A program made the position numbers and the translations under genes. A stretch of 64,000 nucleotides of DNA from Acholeplasma sp. (GTDB lineage: Bacteria > Bacillota_I > Bacilli_A > Acholeplasmatales > UBA5453): NCBI GenBank assembly GCA_036677365.1, contig JAVBWN010000014.1, positions 32,001-96,000 on the forward strand, read 5' to 3'. The notes beneath the pieces are model-generated. The model was not told the DNA's origin and ran no database searches. It saw only the letters and a program-made list of their open reading frames with translations. This document shows, one piece after another, positions 38,357 through 49,366 of the stretch (its first letter is position 1; the number at the start of each line of letters is the position of its first letter).

Positions 38357-39748
38357 GTGCATTTTATGTCATTCTCAAAACGTATTAAACGATTTTTATT
38401 TGTAACCCCAGCAAGAACCATCTTTACGATTTATTTGATTACCATATTGGTCGGTGGGTTTTTGTTATGGTTACCAATCTCACAGAACCCGGGTGTTCAA
38501 TTATCATTCATTGACGCCTTATTCATTTCATTATCACAAATTTCATCCACAGGTTTGAGTCCTGTGTCACAGCGTGATACCTTCAATATTTTAGGTGGGA
38601 TCATATCCATTTTAATTCTAGAAATCGGTGCCGTTGGAATCATGATGTTGGTGGCGTCTTACTGGGTCATCATCGGTAAGAAGATTTCCTTAAAAGAACG
38701 TAGCTTAATCGCGTCCGAACAAAACCAATTCACAGTCAAAGGCATCATCAAATTGATCACGAACGCGATGATTGCGGTTGGTGTGATTCAGATCATCTAC
38801 ATCATCATCATGACAATATATATTTATACAGTTCAACCTTTCCAAGCCTCATTTGGCGAATCTTTATTCCAAGCCACGTACCTTGCGGTCGCGGGATTTG
38901 CGAACGCTGGATTTGACTTCCTACCAGGTAATCAAAGCTTCATGGTTTTTAATGGGTACTATTTACCACAAATCCTCACCATGATCATTATTTTTACCGG
39001 TGGTGTTGGGTTTTGGCCACTCGCTGAAGTTGTATTATTCATCAAAAACAAGTTACATAAAAAACCATACCGTATGACATTTATTTCCAAAATGTTGATT
39101 GTCAGTCACTTCATCCTGTGGATGGGTTCAGCGCTTATTTACTTCATTATGGAATACGAACATTCGATGAGAGGCAATCCACCTCTAGATATTTTAATGA
39201 ATGTGCTATTCATGTCGAATAATGCCCGAAGTGCTGGTTTTTACAATACAAATGTAACCAATTGGGCAGAAGCGACGCGATTATTCTTTTCCATGTTGAT
39301 GTTTATTGGTGCCGCACCTAACTCATCGGGTGGTGGGATTCGTATGACCACATTCTTCTTATTGACGGCGGGTTTAGTCTCTTTTGGAAGACACCGTAAA
39401 CAAGTGTTCTTTGCAGGTAAAGCCATCAAAGATCAAGCGGTTAAAAAAGCGTATATGGTATTTGCACTCGCGATTGTCCTCGTGATGCTTTCAACGATGT
39501 TCATTTCAATCATCGAACCGAACAGGTGGACCATCATGGAGATAGGGTTTGAGGTATCCTCTGCGTTTGGAACCGTTGGGTTGTCCTTAGGATTGATTCC
39601 ACACATTGGTACCTACTCAAAACTCATCATCATGCTCAATATGTTCGTCGGACGTATTGGTATCTTGACCGCGGTTGCGATGCTAGAAAATAAAAAGGAG
39701 ACAACAAACGTTGTCACCTATGTCGAAATGGACATGCTCGTTGGTTAG
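38357..39748 (+). CDS. ktrB: KtrB/TrkH potassium uptake membrane subunit
   Basis: Four pore-loop motifs (SSTGL, NAGF, RSAGF, GTVGLSLG) and GGGIR. Confidence 0.85.
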   Translation: MHFMSFSKRIKRFLFVTPARTIFTIYLITILVGGFLLWLPISQNPGVQLSFIDALFISLSQISSTGLSPVSQRDTFNILGGIISILILEIGAVGIMMLVASYWVIIGKKISLKERSLIASEQNQFTVKGIIKLITNAMIAVGVIQIIYIIIMTIYIYTVQPFQASFGESLFQATYLAVAGFANAGFDFLPGNQSFMVFNGYYLPQILTMIIIFTGGVGFWPLAEVVLFIKNKLHKKPYRMTFISKMLIVSHFILWMGSALIYFIMEYEHSMRGNPPLDILMNVLFMSNNARSAGFYNTNVTNWAEATRLFFSMLMFIGAAPNSSGGGIRMTTFFLLTAGLVSFGRHRKQVFFAGKAIKDQAVKKAYMVFALAIVLVMLSTMFISIIEPNRWTIMEIGFEVSSAFGTVGLSLGLIPHIGTYSKLIIMLNMFVGRIGILTAVAMLENKKETTNVVTYVEMDMLVG

Positions 39749-41286
39749 AGCGATTTAATCTTAGTTTCATCGATATCAATATACATGGTCTTCTGGTTGG
39801 TATAAGTCACATTGTACCCAGGGAGACCTTTTATTTTTTTGATGTATCGAACTTTGGTATAATCCACAGGGATTGAAGAAGAAGCTCTTTGTGGGCTATG
39901 GTAGGCAGCAAGCATCGCACACAGTCTTAAAGATTGTTCATGGAATGCACCCCTTAAAATGATGTGTGCCCCAGGGCCATGTTGGACATGAAACCATACA
40001 TCGTTGGGTTGAGCGAAGACGTTGGTTAAGTAGTTGTTTTGTTCTGCTGTTTTACCAATAAAAATCTCAAAATCAGCCATTTTGTAAGTCAATAGCACGG
40101 GTTTTGTCGGTTTTTTCTTTGGATTGATTTTAAGTTTGATCAATCCAATGTCCCCAAGTTCTTTTTTGATATCATCTAAATCACTTGAAGCCAAATAAGG
40201 CAGCTCAAGCTTCAAGTTTTCATAATATTGAAGGTAATCTTTGGCCAACTGAACTTGATGTTCAATCGGTTCAAGGGCTTTTTTGGCTTTATGGTATTTT
40301 TGAAACAACGCTTGCGCATTCTCGTTCAATGTCTTTTGATGGTCAAGGTTAAGTTCACCGAGTTTGGATACTTTTTGATTCAAATCGCTTGCGAGTAAGT
40401 AAATGGACTCGGCTTGTGCCTTGTATGTTTCAAAACCCAAATTCTCATTTAAATCGGCGTATAAATGGTTGAGTTTAAGTTCTAAACGTTTGATTTCTTT
40501 ATCGATCAGCTTTTCAATATCGACGTATTTTGGGGTGTCATTTTGATAGAACGCTTCTAACAATAAGGATAAGCTGGCATAGGTTTGATGTGGGATTGAA
40601 GGGTTCGGATTGAAAGGGTAAAATTGCTTTTTCGGCTCCAATACAAGGGTGGGTACACACTGAATCGACAGTGGATTTTGCTTATGTTCTACAAAATAGA
40701 GTGCAGTATCTAACGAAAAACCCATAAAAGTGTTCATAAATGTTTTTGGGCTATCGATTTGACATAAATAAGCGTAGTCTTCTTTTGTGTATAATTTCTT
40801 TTCAGAAGGGAAGAATGTGAACTCACTTTTATTGAGGATGCTGCGCTTATCGATGGAAAACTGTTTGTAATAAGCATCGACAACCAAGTTGTTTTCAAGT
40901 AGGATCAAATTCGTGGTTCGCCCCATGGTTTCATAAACCAGTTGATAATATTGATAACCAAATATGGCATCTAATTTTTGGAACTCAAAGACCATGACAC
41001 GGTCCATCAAATGTTGGTAAATGCGCGTGATTTCGGCATTTTCCAACAATCGTCTCATCGCGTTTAATAGGTTAGAAGGAAACTCCCCATAAGGACCGTT
41101 GTCTGATAATCTAACGTGACTTTTGTTTGGATTTAATTCGAAAATGAGGAAATGCTCGCCTTTTTGATAATAGCTCAAAACAAACGTATCTTTCGACGTC
41201 TGGCGGACTTTCTTGATTCGAACCCCAGTCAAGGCTTGTTTGAACTCTTGGGTTAAATGATGCATGAAATACCCATCTAGTGGCAT
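39745..41286 (-). CDS. rqcH: NFACT/FbpA family ribosome quality control protein
   Basis: MPLDG start, ETMGR..NLIL, GKTAEQN, WFHVQHGPGAH, VDYT. Confidence 0.85.
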   Translation of the reverse strand: MPLDGYFMHHLTQEFKQALTGVRIKKVRQTSKDTFVLSYYQKGEHFLIFELNPNKSHVRLSDNGPYGEFPSNLLNAMRRLLENAEITRIYQHLMDRVMVFEFQKLDAIFGYQYYQLVYETMGRTTNLILLENNLVVDAYYKQFSIDKRSILNKSEFTFFPSEKKLYTKEDYAYLCQIDSPKTFMNTFMGFSLDTALYFVEHKQNPLSIQCVPTLVLEPKKQFYPFNPNPSIPHQTYASLSLLLEAFYQNDTPKYVDIEKLIDKEIKRLELKLNHLYADLNENLGFETYKAQAESIYLLASDLNQKVSKLGELNLDHQKTLNENAQALFQKYHKAKKALEPIEHQVQLAKDYLQYYENLKLELPYLASSDLDDIKKELGDIGLIKLKINPKKKPTKPVLLTYKMADFEIFIGKTAEQNNYLTNVFAQPNDVWFHVQHGPGAHIILRGAFHEQSLRLCAMLAAYHSPQRASSSIPVDYTKVRYIKKIKGLPGYNVTYTNQKTMYIDIDETKIKSL

Positions 41287-41439
41287 AGAATCACCCCTAA
41301 TTAGTATAACACAGATTGTTTTTTTCAGTTCCTCAAAATGTAAACGTATACTTGCATAAAAACGTGTAATGGCTTTACTATTATGAAATAATCGTGTATA
41401 ATTTATGAAAGTAAGTGTAAATGAGAAAGGTGGGGTACT

Positions 41440-42060
41440 GTGAAGTTAAACGATCGTGGTCTGCTTATCGTCATCTCCGGTCCATCCGGTGTCGGTAAGG
41501 GCACAGTGAGAAAAGCCCTCTTTGAAATGAAAAATCATGACCTCATTTACTCCGTGTCGATGACGACCAGGGCCCCTCGTCCGGGTGAGGTAGATGGGGT
41601 AGATTACTATTTCGTCACCAAAGAAGAATTCTTAAAACGCATCTCTGAAGGTAAGTTTTTAGAATGGGCAGAATTTGTGGGTAACTATTATGGTACACCC
41701 CTTGATAAAGTCGAAGAACAACTCGATTTGGGTAAAGAAGTCGTCCTTGAAATTGAAGTCGAAGGGGCACTCCAAGTCAGACAAAAATCCAAAGACGCGG
41801 TATTTATTTTCATCGTTCCACCAGGTAAAAAAGCACTCTATGACCGCTTGATTAAACGGGGGACTGACTCACCAGAAATGATTAAAAAACGCATGGAAAA
41901 AGCCGATCGCGAGTTCGTGTTGGCACATAAATATGACTACATCGTGGTAAACGATGATGTCAATAACGCTGCCGACAGAATCATGGCGATCATTCGTGCA
42001 GAACATGCGAGAACTGAACGTACGATTCATGCGTACATGAAAATGCTCAAGGAGGATTAA
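41440..42060 (+). CDS. gmk: Guanylate kinase
   Basis: SGPSGVGKGT, TTRAPRPGEVDGVDY, YYGT. Confidence 0.96.
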   Translation: MKLNDRGLLIVISGPSGVGKGTVRKALFEMKNHDLIYSVSMTTRAPRPGEVDGVDYYFVTKEEFLKRISEGKFLEWAEFVGNYYGTPLDKVEEQLDLGKEVVLEIEVEGALQVRQKSKDAVFIFIVPPGKKALYDRLIKRGTDSPEMIKKRMEKADREFVLAHKYDYIVVNDDVNNAADRIMAIIRAEHARTERTIHAYMKMLKED

Positions 42061-42064
42061 TGGT

Positions 42065-42298
42065 ATGATTGAACACAAAAACGGGATGAGATATCCATCG
42101 ATTGACGCCTTATTAGAAAAGGTGGACTCCAAATACAAATTGGCGTATATTTCAGCCAAAAGAGCGAAATCCATTCAAGAAGATAACGACCATTCATCGA
42201 TTGATAAGCCGTTATGCAAAAAGCCAGTGGGAATCGCATTAGAAGAAATTTTACAAGACAAAATTCAAGTGGAATTCGTAGACAAAGTAGCCGAATAA
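42065..42298 (+). CDS. rpoZ: RNA polymerase omega subunit
   Basis: YPSIDALLEKVDSKYKL...AKRA...KPVGIALEEI; directly after gmk. Confidence 0.93.
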   Translation: MIEHKNGMRYPSIDALLEKVDSKYKLAYISAKRAKSIQEDNDHSSIDKPLCKKPVGIALEEILQDKIQVEFVDKVAE

Positions 42299-42336
42299 TG
42301 GCTACTTTTCTTTTTTTATGTTAAAATAACACCGAG

Positions 42337-44121
42337 GTGTTACCATTGGATTTGATTAAAGAAAAGCTCAAAACATTGCCGGAATCCCCGGGGTGTTATT
42401 TGATGCTCAATGCGAAAAATGAAATCATCTATGTCGGTAAGGCGAAAAATCTCAAAAATCGCGTCAGAAGCTATTTTACCGGTTCTCATAACCTAAAGAC
42501 AACGAAGCTCGTCAGCGAGATCGTGGATTTTAATTATGTCCAAACGAATACGGAACGTGAATCCCTCATTTTAGAACTTCACCTCATCAAAGAGAACTTA
42601 CCTCGATATAACATCAAACTGGTGGATGACGCGACGTATCCGTTTATCACCATCACCAATGAAAAAGACCCGAGATTGATTGTTGAAAGAGAATCTACCA
42701 AAGCTTTAGGTAAACGTTTCGGACCCTATCCGAATGTCTATAAAGCCAGAGACACCGTGAAGCTACTAAATAAGATATACCCTTTACGTAAATGTGAAAA
42801 AATGCCCAAAAAGGCCTGTTTATACTATCACTTAAACCAATGCCTCGCGCCGTGTATCCAAAAAGAACCGATTGACTATAAACCGATCATCCAAGAAATC
42901 ACTGCGTTTTTAAAAGGGGATACCAAAAAAGTGGTTCAAGATTTAAAAACGCAAATGTATCAAGCCTCCGATGCTTTACAATTTGAACAGGCGTTGGAAT
43001 ACAAGGAAATGATCGATTCCATTGAGTTTACAACCGAAAAACAACTCATCAGCCTAAACGATTTCCAAGATCGTGATTTTATCGCTTTCCATGGTGACCA
43101 TGAGGATGTTTCGATTCAAATCCTCAAAATGCGTGCGGGTAAAATCATCGATGTCAAATCTGAAATTTTTAGCTATGTGGGGTCCATTCAAGACGCTGTG
43201 AATGAGTATGTTTTACAAAGTTATGAAGATAAAACCAAGTGGCCAGATGAACTGCTGTTTTCAGAACTATTTTTGATGGCTGATTTAGAGATGATGTTTG
43301 GAAAGAAAGCACAAATCCCTAAAATTGGCGACAAGAAAAAACTGGTGGATATGGCGTTTAAAAATGCAAAGTATGATTTCGAAAATTACCGTTATTTAAA
43401 CCGCATTCAATCGGAAAAAACCAAAGAAGCAGAAGATGCATTCAAAACACTCATTGGCTTAGAAGATATTGAACACATTGAAATATTTGATAACGCTCAT
43501 TTATTTGGCGATGCCAGTGTTTCAGCGATGGTTGTCTTCAAATCTGGAAAACCATCGAAATCAGATTATCGAAAATACCACATCAAACAAGCCGCTAAAA
43601 TGGATGATTATGGGGCGATGCGTGAAGTCATCTACCGTAGGTATCAAAAAGCGTTGTTAGAAAATACCAAACTACCGGATTTGATCATCATTGATGGCGG
43701 TAAGGGCCAAGTGGGTGTCGCTTTAGACACCATCGAATCTTTGGGTCTTTCTATCCCGATGATTGGTTTAAAGAAAAACGATAAACACCAACTCGAAGCG
43801 ATTGTGTATCAAAATGCCATTTATCCACTCGATAAATCCAGTTATCTGTATACCTACTTAGGTAAAATGAGCAATGAAGTGCACCGTTTCGCAATCTCAT
43901 TTCATAAACAAACACGCGCCAAAGCATTGATTCGAAGTCAACTCGATGGTATCATAGGAATTGGTGAAAAGCGTAAAACAAAACTTTTAGAAACCTTTGT
44001 TACGATTGACGCGATGAAACAAGGCGACATCGAAACGTATAAAAACATCGGTATCAATGAAACATTGCGTGAGCGAATCATCACCCACTTAACGTTATTA
44101 GAAAAGAAGGCAACTGAATGA
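42337..44121 (+). CDS. uvrC: Excinuclease ABC subunit C
   Basis: GIY-YIG (PGCY...IIYVGKAKNL), IEIFDNAH, IDGGKGQ, HRFAI, HhH. Confidence 0.95.
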   Translation: MLPLDLIKEKLKTLPESPGCYLMLNAKNEIIYVGKAKNLKNRVRSYFTGSHNLKTTKLVSEIVDFNYVQTNTERESLILELHLIKENLPRYNIKLVDDATYPFITITNEKDPRLIVERESTKALGKRFGPYPNVYKARDTVKLLNKIYPLRKCEKMPKKACLYYHLNQCLAPCIQKEPIDYKPIIQEITAFLKGDTKKVVQDLKTQMYQASDALQFEQALEYKEMIDSIEFTTEKQLISLNDFQDRDFIAFHGDHEDVSIQILKMRAGKIIDVKSEIFSYVGSIQDAVNEYVLQSYEDKTKWPDELLFSELFLMADLEMMFGKKAQIPKIGDKKKLVDMAFKNAKYDFENYRYLNRIQSEKTKEAEDAFKTLIGLEDIEHIEIFDNAHLFGDASVSAMVVFKSGKPSKSDYRKYHIKQAAKMDDYGAMREVIYRRYQKALLENTKLPDLIIIDGGKGQVGVALDTIESLGLSIPMIGLKKNDKHQLEAIVYQNAIYPLDKSSYLYTYLGKMSNEVHRFAISFHKQTRAKALIRSQLDGIIGIGEKRKTKLLETFVTIDAMKQGDIETYKNIGINETLRERIITHLTLLEKKATE

Positions 44122-44957
44122 AACGAGTCATTCATCAAATCAACGAAACCCACCACTATTTCACTTGTATCGTCGATGGTAAAGAAGAAGCTTACTATTT
44201 GACCAAAGCCCAAGCGAAAAAGTTTTTTGATTATTTAGATCAAGGCTATATCGTTGATTTTGAGTTATACAATAAAAGAAAAATCATTTTTGGCCGTTAT
44301 GCTTGGCAAGTCGCTTATTTCAGTTCGATTGAACGACCTAGCTACCGTGTAAATAAGATGCTGTATGATTTAAGTCACATCCGACATCAAATGAAATCGA
44401 TCCTACAAGGGTTTGGTTATTTGTTGTTTTTAGATTTAGAAATGACGATGCCACCCTATTATAAAGGCCCATTTGAAGCAGAAATCATTCAGGCTGGGTA
44501 CATCCTAAGAAGTCCTTTGGGTGAGATTGTTCAACAAGGGTCGATGTACATAAAACCAACCAAATATAAAAAGATTTCTCCACGCACCGAAAAATTCTTA
44601 AAACTCGACCAAAACTATTATGATTTAGCCATCGATTACCATATCTTTTATACCCAATTGCGTGATATGATAGACATGTATGGTCCAAAAATCATCGTTT
44701 GGGGAAAAAATGACATGCTCGCTTTAAAAGCGTCCTATGTCATCAATGAAGTTGAACCCTTGGCCGATACCAGTGCATTTGTTAATCTCTTACAAATCCA
44801 CAAAACCTATTACAACCTTTCCGATGATTTAGGTCTATTCAAAGCCTATGAAATCTATTATCACGATACCTATCATCAAACCCATGACGCCTTAGACGAC
44901 GCCAAAGTGACATTAATGGTATATGAAGCTTTACTCAAAGAAATGAAGGGGGCTTAA
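44118..44957 (+). CDS. DEDDh 3'-5' exonuclease, KapD-like, with N-terminal extension
   Basis: LFLDLEMT, WGKND, HDALDDA. Confidence 0.78.
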   Translation: MKRVIHQINETHHYFTCIVDGKEEAYYLTKAQAKKFFDYLDQGYIVDFELYNKRKIIFGRYAWQVAYFSSIERPSYRVNKMLYDLSHIRHQMKSILQGFGYLLFLDLEMTMPPYYKGPFEAEIIQAGYILRSPLGEIVQQGSMYIKPTKYKKISPRTEKFLKLDQNYYDLAIDYHIFYTQLRDMIDMYGPKIIVWGKNDMLALKASYVINEVEPLADTSAFVNLLQIHKTYYNLSDDLGLFKAYEIYYHDTYHQTHDALDDAKVTLMVYEALLKEMKGA

Positions 44958-44959
44958 CC

Positions 44960-45664
44960 ATGAACTTTTACAACAATTTCGCGATGTATTATGACAAAAT
45001 ATTCCCACGTAACCCTAAAGTGATTCAATTCATGGATCGCGCCTTTAAACAAGGTCATATCCTCGATGTGGCGTGTGGTACGGGTGAATATTCGGTCTCC
45101 TTAGCCCATTTGAATTATCAAGTCACCGGTTTAGATTTATCTGAGCAGATGATTCAATATGCCCAAGCGAAAGCCGTCAATGAAAAAGTCAAAGTCAACT
45201 TTCGTGTTCAAAATATGCTGGATTTACAAGACCAATCGATGTATGAAGGCATCATTTGTATCGGTAACTCCTTAGTCCACCTCGATTCTGAAAAAGAAAT
45301 CAATCAAGCCTTACATAATATGTATCAAGCCCTCAAACCCCATGGTTCAGTGATCATCCAAGTCATCAACTACGATTTGATCTTAGAAAAAAAGTTACCG
45401 GGATTATCGACGGTCACGAACCAAGAATACTCATTTTATCGAAACTATGAGTTTGATGGCAGTAAAATTCACTTTAAAACCAGACTTACCGATGGCTTAA
45501 GGGTCTTTGTTGATGAAACGTTACTATTCCCACTCAAACACCAATCTTTGATGGCATTATTGACTCAAGCAGGGTTCAAAGACATCAAAACGGTGGGCGG
45601 ATTCTCACACGATTCATTCGATTTAAAACAAGACATCACCTATGTCGTCACAGCGAAAAAATAA
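44960..45664 (+). CDS. Class I SAM-dependent methyltransferase
   Basis: ILDVACGTG, GLDLSEQM, CIGNSLVH, LKPHG. Confidence 0.88.
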   Translation: MNFYNNFAMYYDKIFPRNPKVIQFMDRAFKQGHILDVACGTGEYSVSLAHLNYQVTGLDLSEQMIQYAQAKAVNEKVKVNFRVQNMLDLQDQSMYEGIICIGNSLVHLDSEKEINQALHNMYQALKPHGSVIIQVINYDLILEKKLPGLSTVTNQEYSFYRNYEFDGSKIHFKTRLTDGLRVFVDETLLFPLKHQSLMALLTQAGFKDIKTVGGFSHDSFDLKQDITYVVTAKK

Positions 45665-45687
45665 AAAAGGGCTCGGCCCTTTTTCTT

Positions 45688-47391
45688 TTATTCGATTGCT
45701 GGTTTTTGAGTTAGCGACATGATGATCGGGATGAGCATCGGTTTACGTTGAGTCAAGTTTTTGACGTATTCCGATACTTGGTCGACAATGGCTTGTTTTA
45801 ACAATGTTTCTGTGAATTGTTTGCGAGAAAACTCAGTATTAAGCACTTCTTTGGCTTTCGCTGCGATGCCGTTGGTTATTTCTTCGTTGCCTTTCATATA
45901 GATGAAACCACGAGAAATGACGGTGGGGTCTGTGAGCAATTTACGGTTGACTGGGTCAATGGTTAAGACAATCGACAACAACCCATCTTCGGACAACAAT
46001 TTACGTTCTTTAATGATGGCACTACCAATGTCACCAATACCGGTACCATCGATATAGATATCGCCTGCTTGAACACGGCCAGCATAACGGATGGTTTCAC
46101 TGTTTAAAGCAGCGACATCCCCATTGTCCATGATGAGCACATGATTGGGTTCAACACCAAGCTGTACAGCGAGTTCTTTATGGTGTTTGAGCATACGGTG
46201 TTCACCGTGCATTGGAATGAAGTATTTCGGACGAATCAAGGATAACATCAATTTCAAATCGGGTTGATTGCCATGGCCTGAAGTATGGGTATCGGCGACC
46301 GGGCCATTGATGATGACAGATACATCCCTACGGTATAATTGGTCAATCGTTTTATTGACCGATTCTTGATTCCCCGGGATTGGTGAACTCGAGAAGATGA
46401 CCGTATCGCCAGGCTGGGTTTTGATTTGACGGTGGGTCCCATTCGCGATTCTTGATAAAGCGGCTAAAGGTTCCCCTTGAGAACCTGTACATAAAATGGT
46501 CACTTCATTGGCTTTGAAATTGTTGATTTCATCGGCTGTAACAATGACCCCCTTAGGGGCTTTGATGTACCCTGTTTGTTGACCAATTTCCATCGCACGT
46601 TCCATCGAACGCCCAAAAACAGCCAACTTACGGTTATTCTTATAAGACGCTTCGACGATTTGTTGCATACGATACATATTGGATGCGAAAGTCGCGATGA
46701 TGATGCGTCCAGTCAATTTCGAAAATATTTCATTGATGGCGTTACCGACGGTACGTTCTGAGGGGGTCAAACCATCGCGTTCAGCGTTGGTTGAATCCGA
46801 TAATAAACACAGAACACCTTCATTGCCGATGGCTGCGAGTTTTTCATATTCTGCCGCAGGACCCACAGGGGTGTAATCGATTTTGAAGTCCCCGGTATGG
46901 AACAAGATGCCTTGTTTGGTTCTAAAGACAAACCCAAACATGTCGGGTATGGAGTGATTCAAACGGATGAATGACAATTCTACATTGCCAAAATTGTAGG
47001 TATGGTGGGATTTGAATTCTATGATGGTAGGTGGTTTAACATCTTTATGTTCGAGAATTTTATGTTCAATGAAATCTACAGCGATGCCCGCAGCGTATAC
47101 TTTGGGTATTTTGACCTGTTTCAATAAATAAGGGATACCACCGATGTGGTCTTCATGACCATGGGTCACGAATAAACCGACAATACGATCTTGGTTATCG
47201 ATCAAATATTGATAATCAGGAATGACATAATCGATGCCTAACAATGAATCGTCTGGGAATAAAATCCCAGCGTCCACCACAAAAATCTTATCTTCAATTT
47301 CATACACATACGTGTTTTTACCGACCTCACCGAGGCCACCTAAGGCAAAAATGCCAATTTCGCCGTCTTTAAGCAGCGTGTTTTTACTCAT
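45688..47391 (-). CDS. rnj: Ribonuclease J
   Basis: LGGLGEVGKN, THGHEDHIG, HTGDFK, TGSQGEP, HTSGH, PMHGEHR. Confidence 0.95.
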   Translation of the reverse strand: MSKNTLLKDGEIGIFALGGLGEVGKNTYVYEIEDKIFVVDAGILFPDDSLLGIDYVIPDYQYLIDNQDRIVGLFVTHGHEDHIGGIPYLLKQVKIPKVYAAGIAVDFIEHKILEHKDVKPPTIIEFKSHHTYNFGNVELSFIRLNHSIPDMFGFVFRTKQGILFHTGDFKIDYTPVGPAAEYEKLAAIGNEGVLCLLSDSTNAERDGLTPSERTVGNAINEIFSKLTGRIIIATFASNMYRMQQIVEASYKNNRKLAVFGRSMERAMEIGQQTGYIKAPKGVIVTADEINNFKANEVTILCTGSQGEPLAALSRIANGTHRQIKTQPGDTVIFSSSPIPGNQESVNKTIDQLYRRDVSVIINGPVADTHTSGHGNQPDLKLMLSLIRPKYFIPMHGEHRMLKHHKELAVQLGVEPNHVLIMDNGDVAALNSETIRYAGRVQAGDIYIDGTGIGDIGSAIIKERKLLSEDGLLSIVLTIDPVNRKLLTDPTVISRGFIYMKGNEEITNGIAAKAKEVLNTEFSRKQFTETLLKQAIVDQVSEYVKNLTQRKPMLIPIIMSLTQKPAIE

Positions 47392-47505
47392 ATTAAAATC
47401 CTCCTTTTCAGGATATCGCAGTAGTTTAAATACATTTTACATGAAATGAACTTAAATTCATAGTCTAATGCACAAAATAATGGTAAAATGATGCAGGTGA
47501 TAAAG

Positions 47506-48282
47506 ATGAAGACTGCATTATTTTTTGATGTGGATGGAACGATGTTCGATAATGAACGTCAATTGATCCACCCATCCACACGTTATTTAATAGAAACCTT
47601 AGCCAAAGACGACAGATACATTTTAGGTCTCGCAACGGGTCGAAGTTTGGAACAACTCGATGCGATCAAAGAGATCAGAGACCTCTTTAAAGTAAAAATT
47701 GTCATCAATGGGGCGGTATCCTACATTCAAAATGAATTTGTTTATGGTAGACCGATTGATGTAACAGATTGTGAAGCGGTACTAAAATACGCCAATAGTA
47801 TCCATACAGGCATAGGATTTATTGGTAAAGACAGACACTGTGTAACGATGAACAATGAAACGGTGAGAGAAGCCTTAAGAGACTTTTCAATGGCGATGCC
47901 ACCGGTAAATCCGTTGTTTTATTTGGAAGAACCGGTCTATCAAATCTGGGTATTTTCAGACAACCGTGCTTTGATCGATAAGTTCAAACAAAAATTCAAA
48001 CATTTAAGAATTTTCAATTGGCACAAAGATGGGGCGGATATCGTTCACCCTGAGGTCTCTAAAGGGGACGCCATCACCCACGTGAAATCGTTATTGGGCG
48101 TCGATAAAGTCATCGCGTTTGGTGATGGTGAAAACGACGTCGAAATGATTCAAATCGCCGACATTGGGGTAGCGATGGGCAACACCAGAAGTGAGGCATT
48201 AAAAAAAGGCGCGACGATGATCGCACCTCGAATCGACGAAGATGGGTTGTTTCAAGCGGCTAAAACATTGAATCTACTTTAG
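47506..48282 (+). CDS. Cof-type HAD hydrolase
   Basis: FFDVDGT, ATGR, SKG, FGDGENDVEM. Confidence 0.9.
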   Translation: MKTALFFDVDGTMFDNERQLIHPSTRYLIETLAKDDRYILGLATGRSLEQLDAIKEIRDLFKVKIVINGAVSYIQNEFVYGRPIDVTDCEAVLKYANSIHTGIGFIGKDRHCVTMNNETVREALRDFSMAMPPVNPLFYLEEPVYQIWVFSDNRALIDKFKQKFKHLRIFNWHKDGADIVHPEVSKGDAITHVKSLLGVDKVIAFGDGENDVEMIQIADIGVAMGNTRSEALKKGATMIAPRIDEDGLFQAAKTLNLL

Positions 48283-48762
48283 TGCCCGTTTAATCCCTGC
48301 GATGATTTCCGGTAAGATTTCATTGGGGACATACATCGATATATCGGCGTTATAGGCTACCAACTCTTTAATGGCAGAAGATGAAACGTACGTATGTTTA
48401 TAAGATGGAAACAAAATGACCGTTTCGATGTTGGGATTTAAGTTACGGTTAAAATGGTATAACGCAATCTCGTTTTCGAAATCTTTCATATTACGCAACC
48501 CACGAATCAGTGTGGTTGCTTTATTTTTTTCTGCGAATCTGACGACCAAGTCATTGGTTTTAGATACATAAATGTTGGGGACTTGCGCGGTCACTTTTTT
48601 AATCATTTCGACGCGTTCATTGGGGGTAAAAATGGGGTGTTTTTCACTGTTTTCAGTGACCAACACATACAAAGTTTCAAATTGTTTTGCAGCCCTCAAC
48701 ATGATGTCAAGGTGACCTAAAGTAATGGGGTCAAAGGAACCTGCGTATACAGCATTGCTCAT
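48274..48762 (-). CDS. coaD: Phosphopantetheine adenylyltransferase
   Basis: YAGSFDPITLGHLD, IRGLR...DFENE, VSSSAIKE. Confidence 0.95.
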   Translation of the reverse strand: MSNAVYAGSFDPITLGHLDIMLRAAKQFETLYVLVTENSEKHPIFTPNERVEMIKKVTAQVPNIYVSKTNDLVVRFAEKNKATTLIRGLRNMKDFENEIALYHFNRNLNPNIETVILFPSYKHTYVSSSAIKELVAYNADISMYVPNEILPEIIAGIKRALK

Positions 48763-48846
48763 GGTATCACTCTCTTTTATTTTTAGTATACCATATTTCA
48801 AATAGTGATTTTCAAAAAACGTTCGATGTGATAAAATAGCCATGAG

Positions 48847-49254
48847 GTGTTTCACATGCATGCATACAAACGAAGTGTTGTTTTACAATTAGGTGTATTC
48901 GGATTTTTCTTTTTCTATGGGTTAGATAATATTTTATTCACGTTGATGGAAAGAACCGTCCCAGTCATCATCGGTGAGTTGGTCATCACATTGATCCTCA
49001 TAGGTGTTTTTCTATACTTTTATTATAAGACCCCAAAAGAAGTGGTCTATGTGGTCAAGAAAGCAGCCATGGATAAAATCAAGTATGTATTATATACAGT
49101 CGCGTTTTCTTTATTGATCAGCATTGTTTTCAGCGGATTTCAAGCGATTGAAGGTTTAGAACTCTACGCTGAAATCATCACTGGGGCGATCACCAGTTTG
49201 GCAGGTCTATATGGGGTTTACGTGGGTTTAGAAATCATTCAACAAAACAAATAA
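48847..49254 (+). CDS. Hypothetical membrane protein with four TM helices
   Basis: Four hydrophobic segments; GAGGTG RBS. Confidence 0.7.
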   Translation: MFHMHAYKRSVVLQLGVFGFFFFYGLDNILFTLMERTVPVIIGELVITLILIGVFLYFYYKTPKEVVYVVKKAAMDKIKYVLYTVAFSLLISIVFSGFQAIEGLELYAEIITGAITSLAGLYGVYVGLEIIQQNK

Positions 49255-49296
49255 GCATCCAGCGATGGGTGTTTTTTTTCACATAAAAACAAAATG

Positions 49297-49347
49297 GTTG
49301 ACTGCTCAACTACATGTGCGTATAATAGAGTCAGTTGATGACTCAAC
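49297..49347 (+). promoter_or_regulatory. ABC operon promoter with two GTTGA-N4-TCAAC operators (probably MarR)
   Basis: TTGACT(49298)-17 bp-TATAAT(49321); palindromes at 49297-49310 and 49334-49347. Confidence 0.75.
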
Positions 49348-49366
49348 CATAAAAAAGGAGACACTT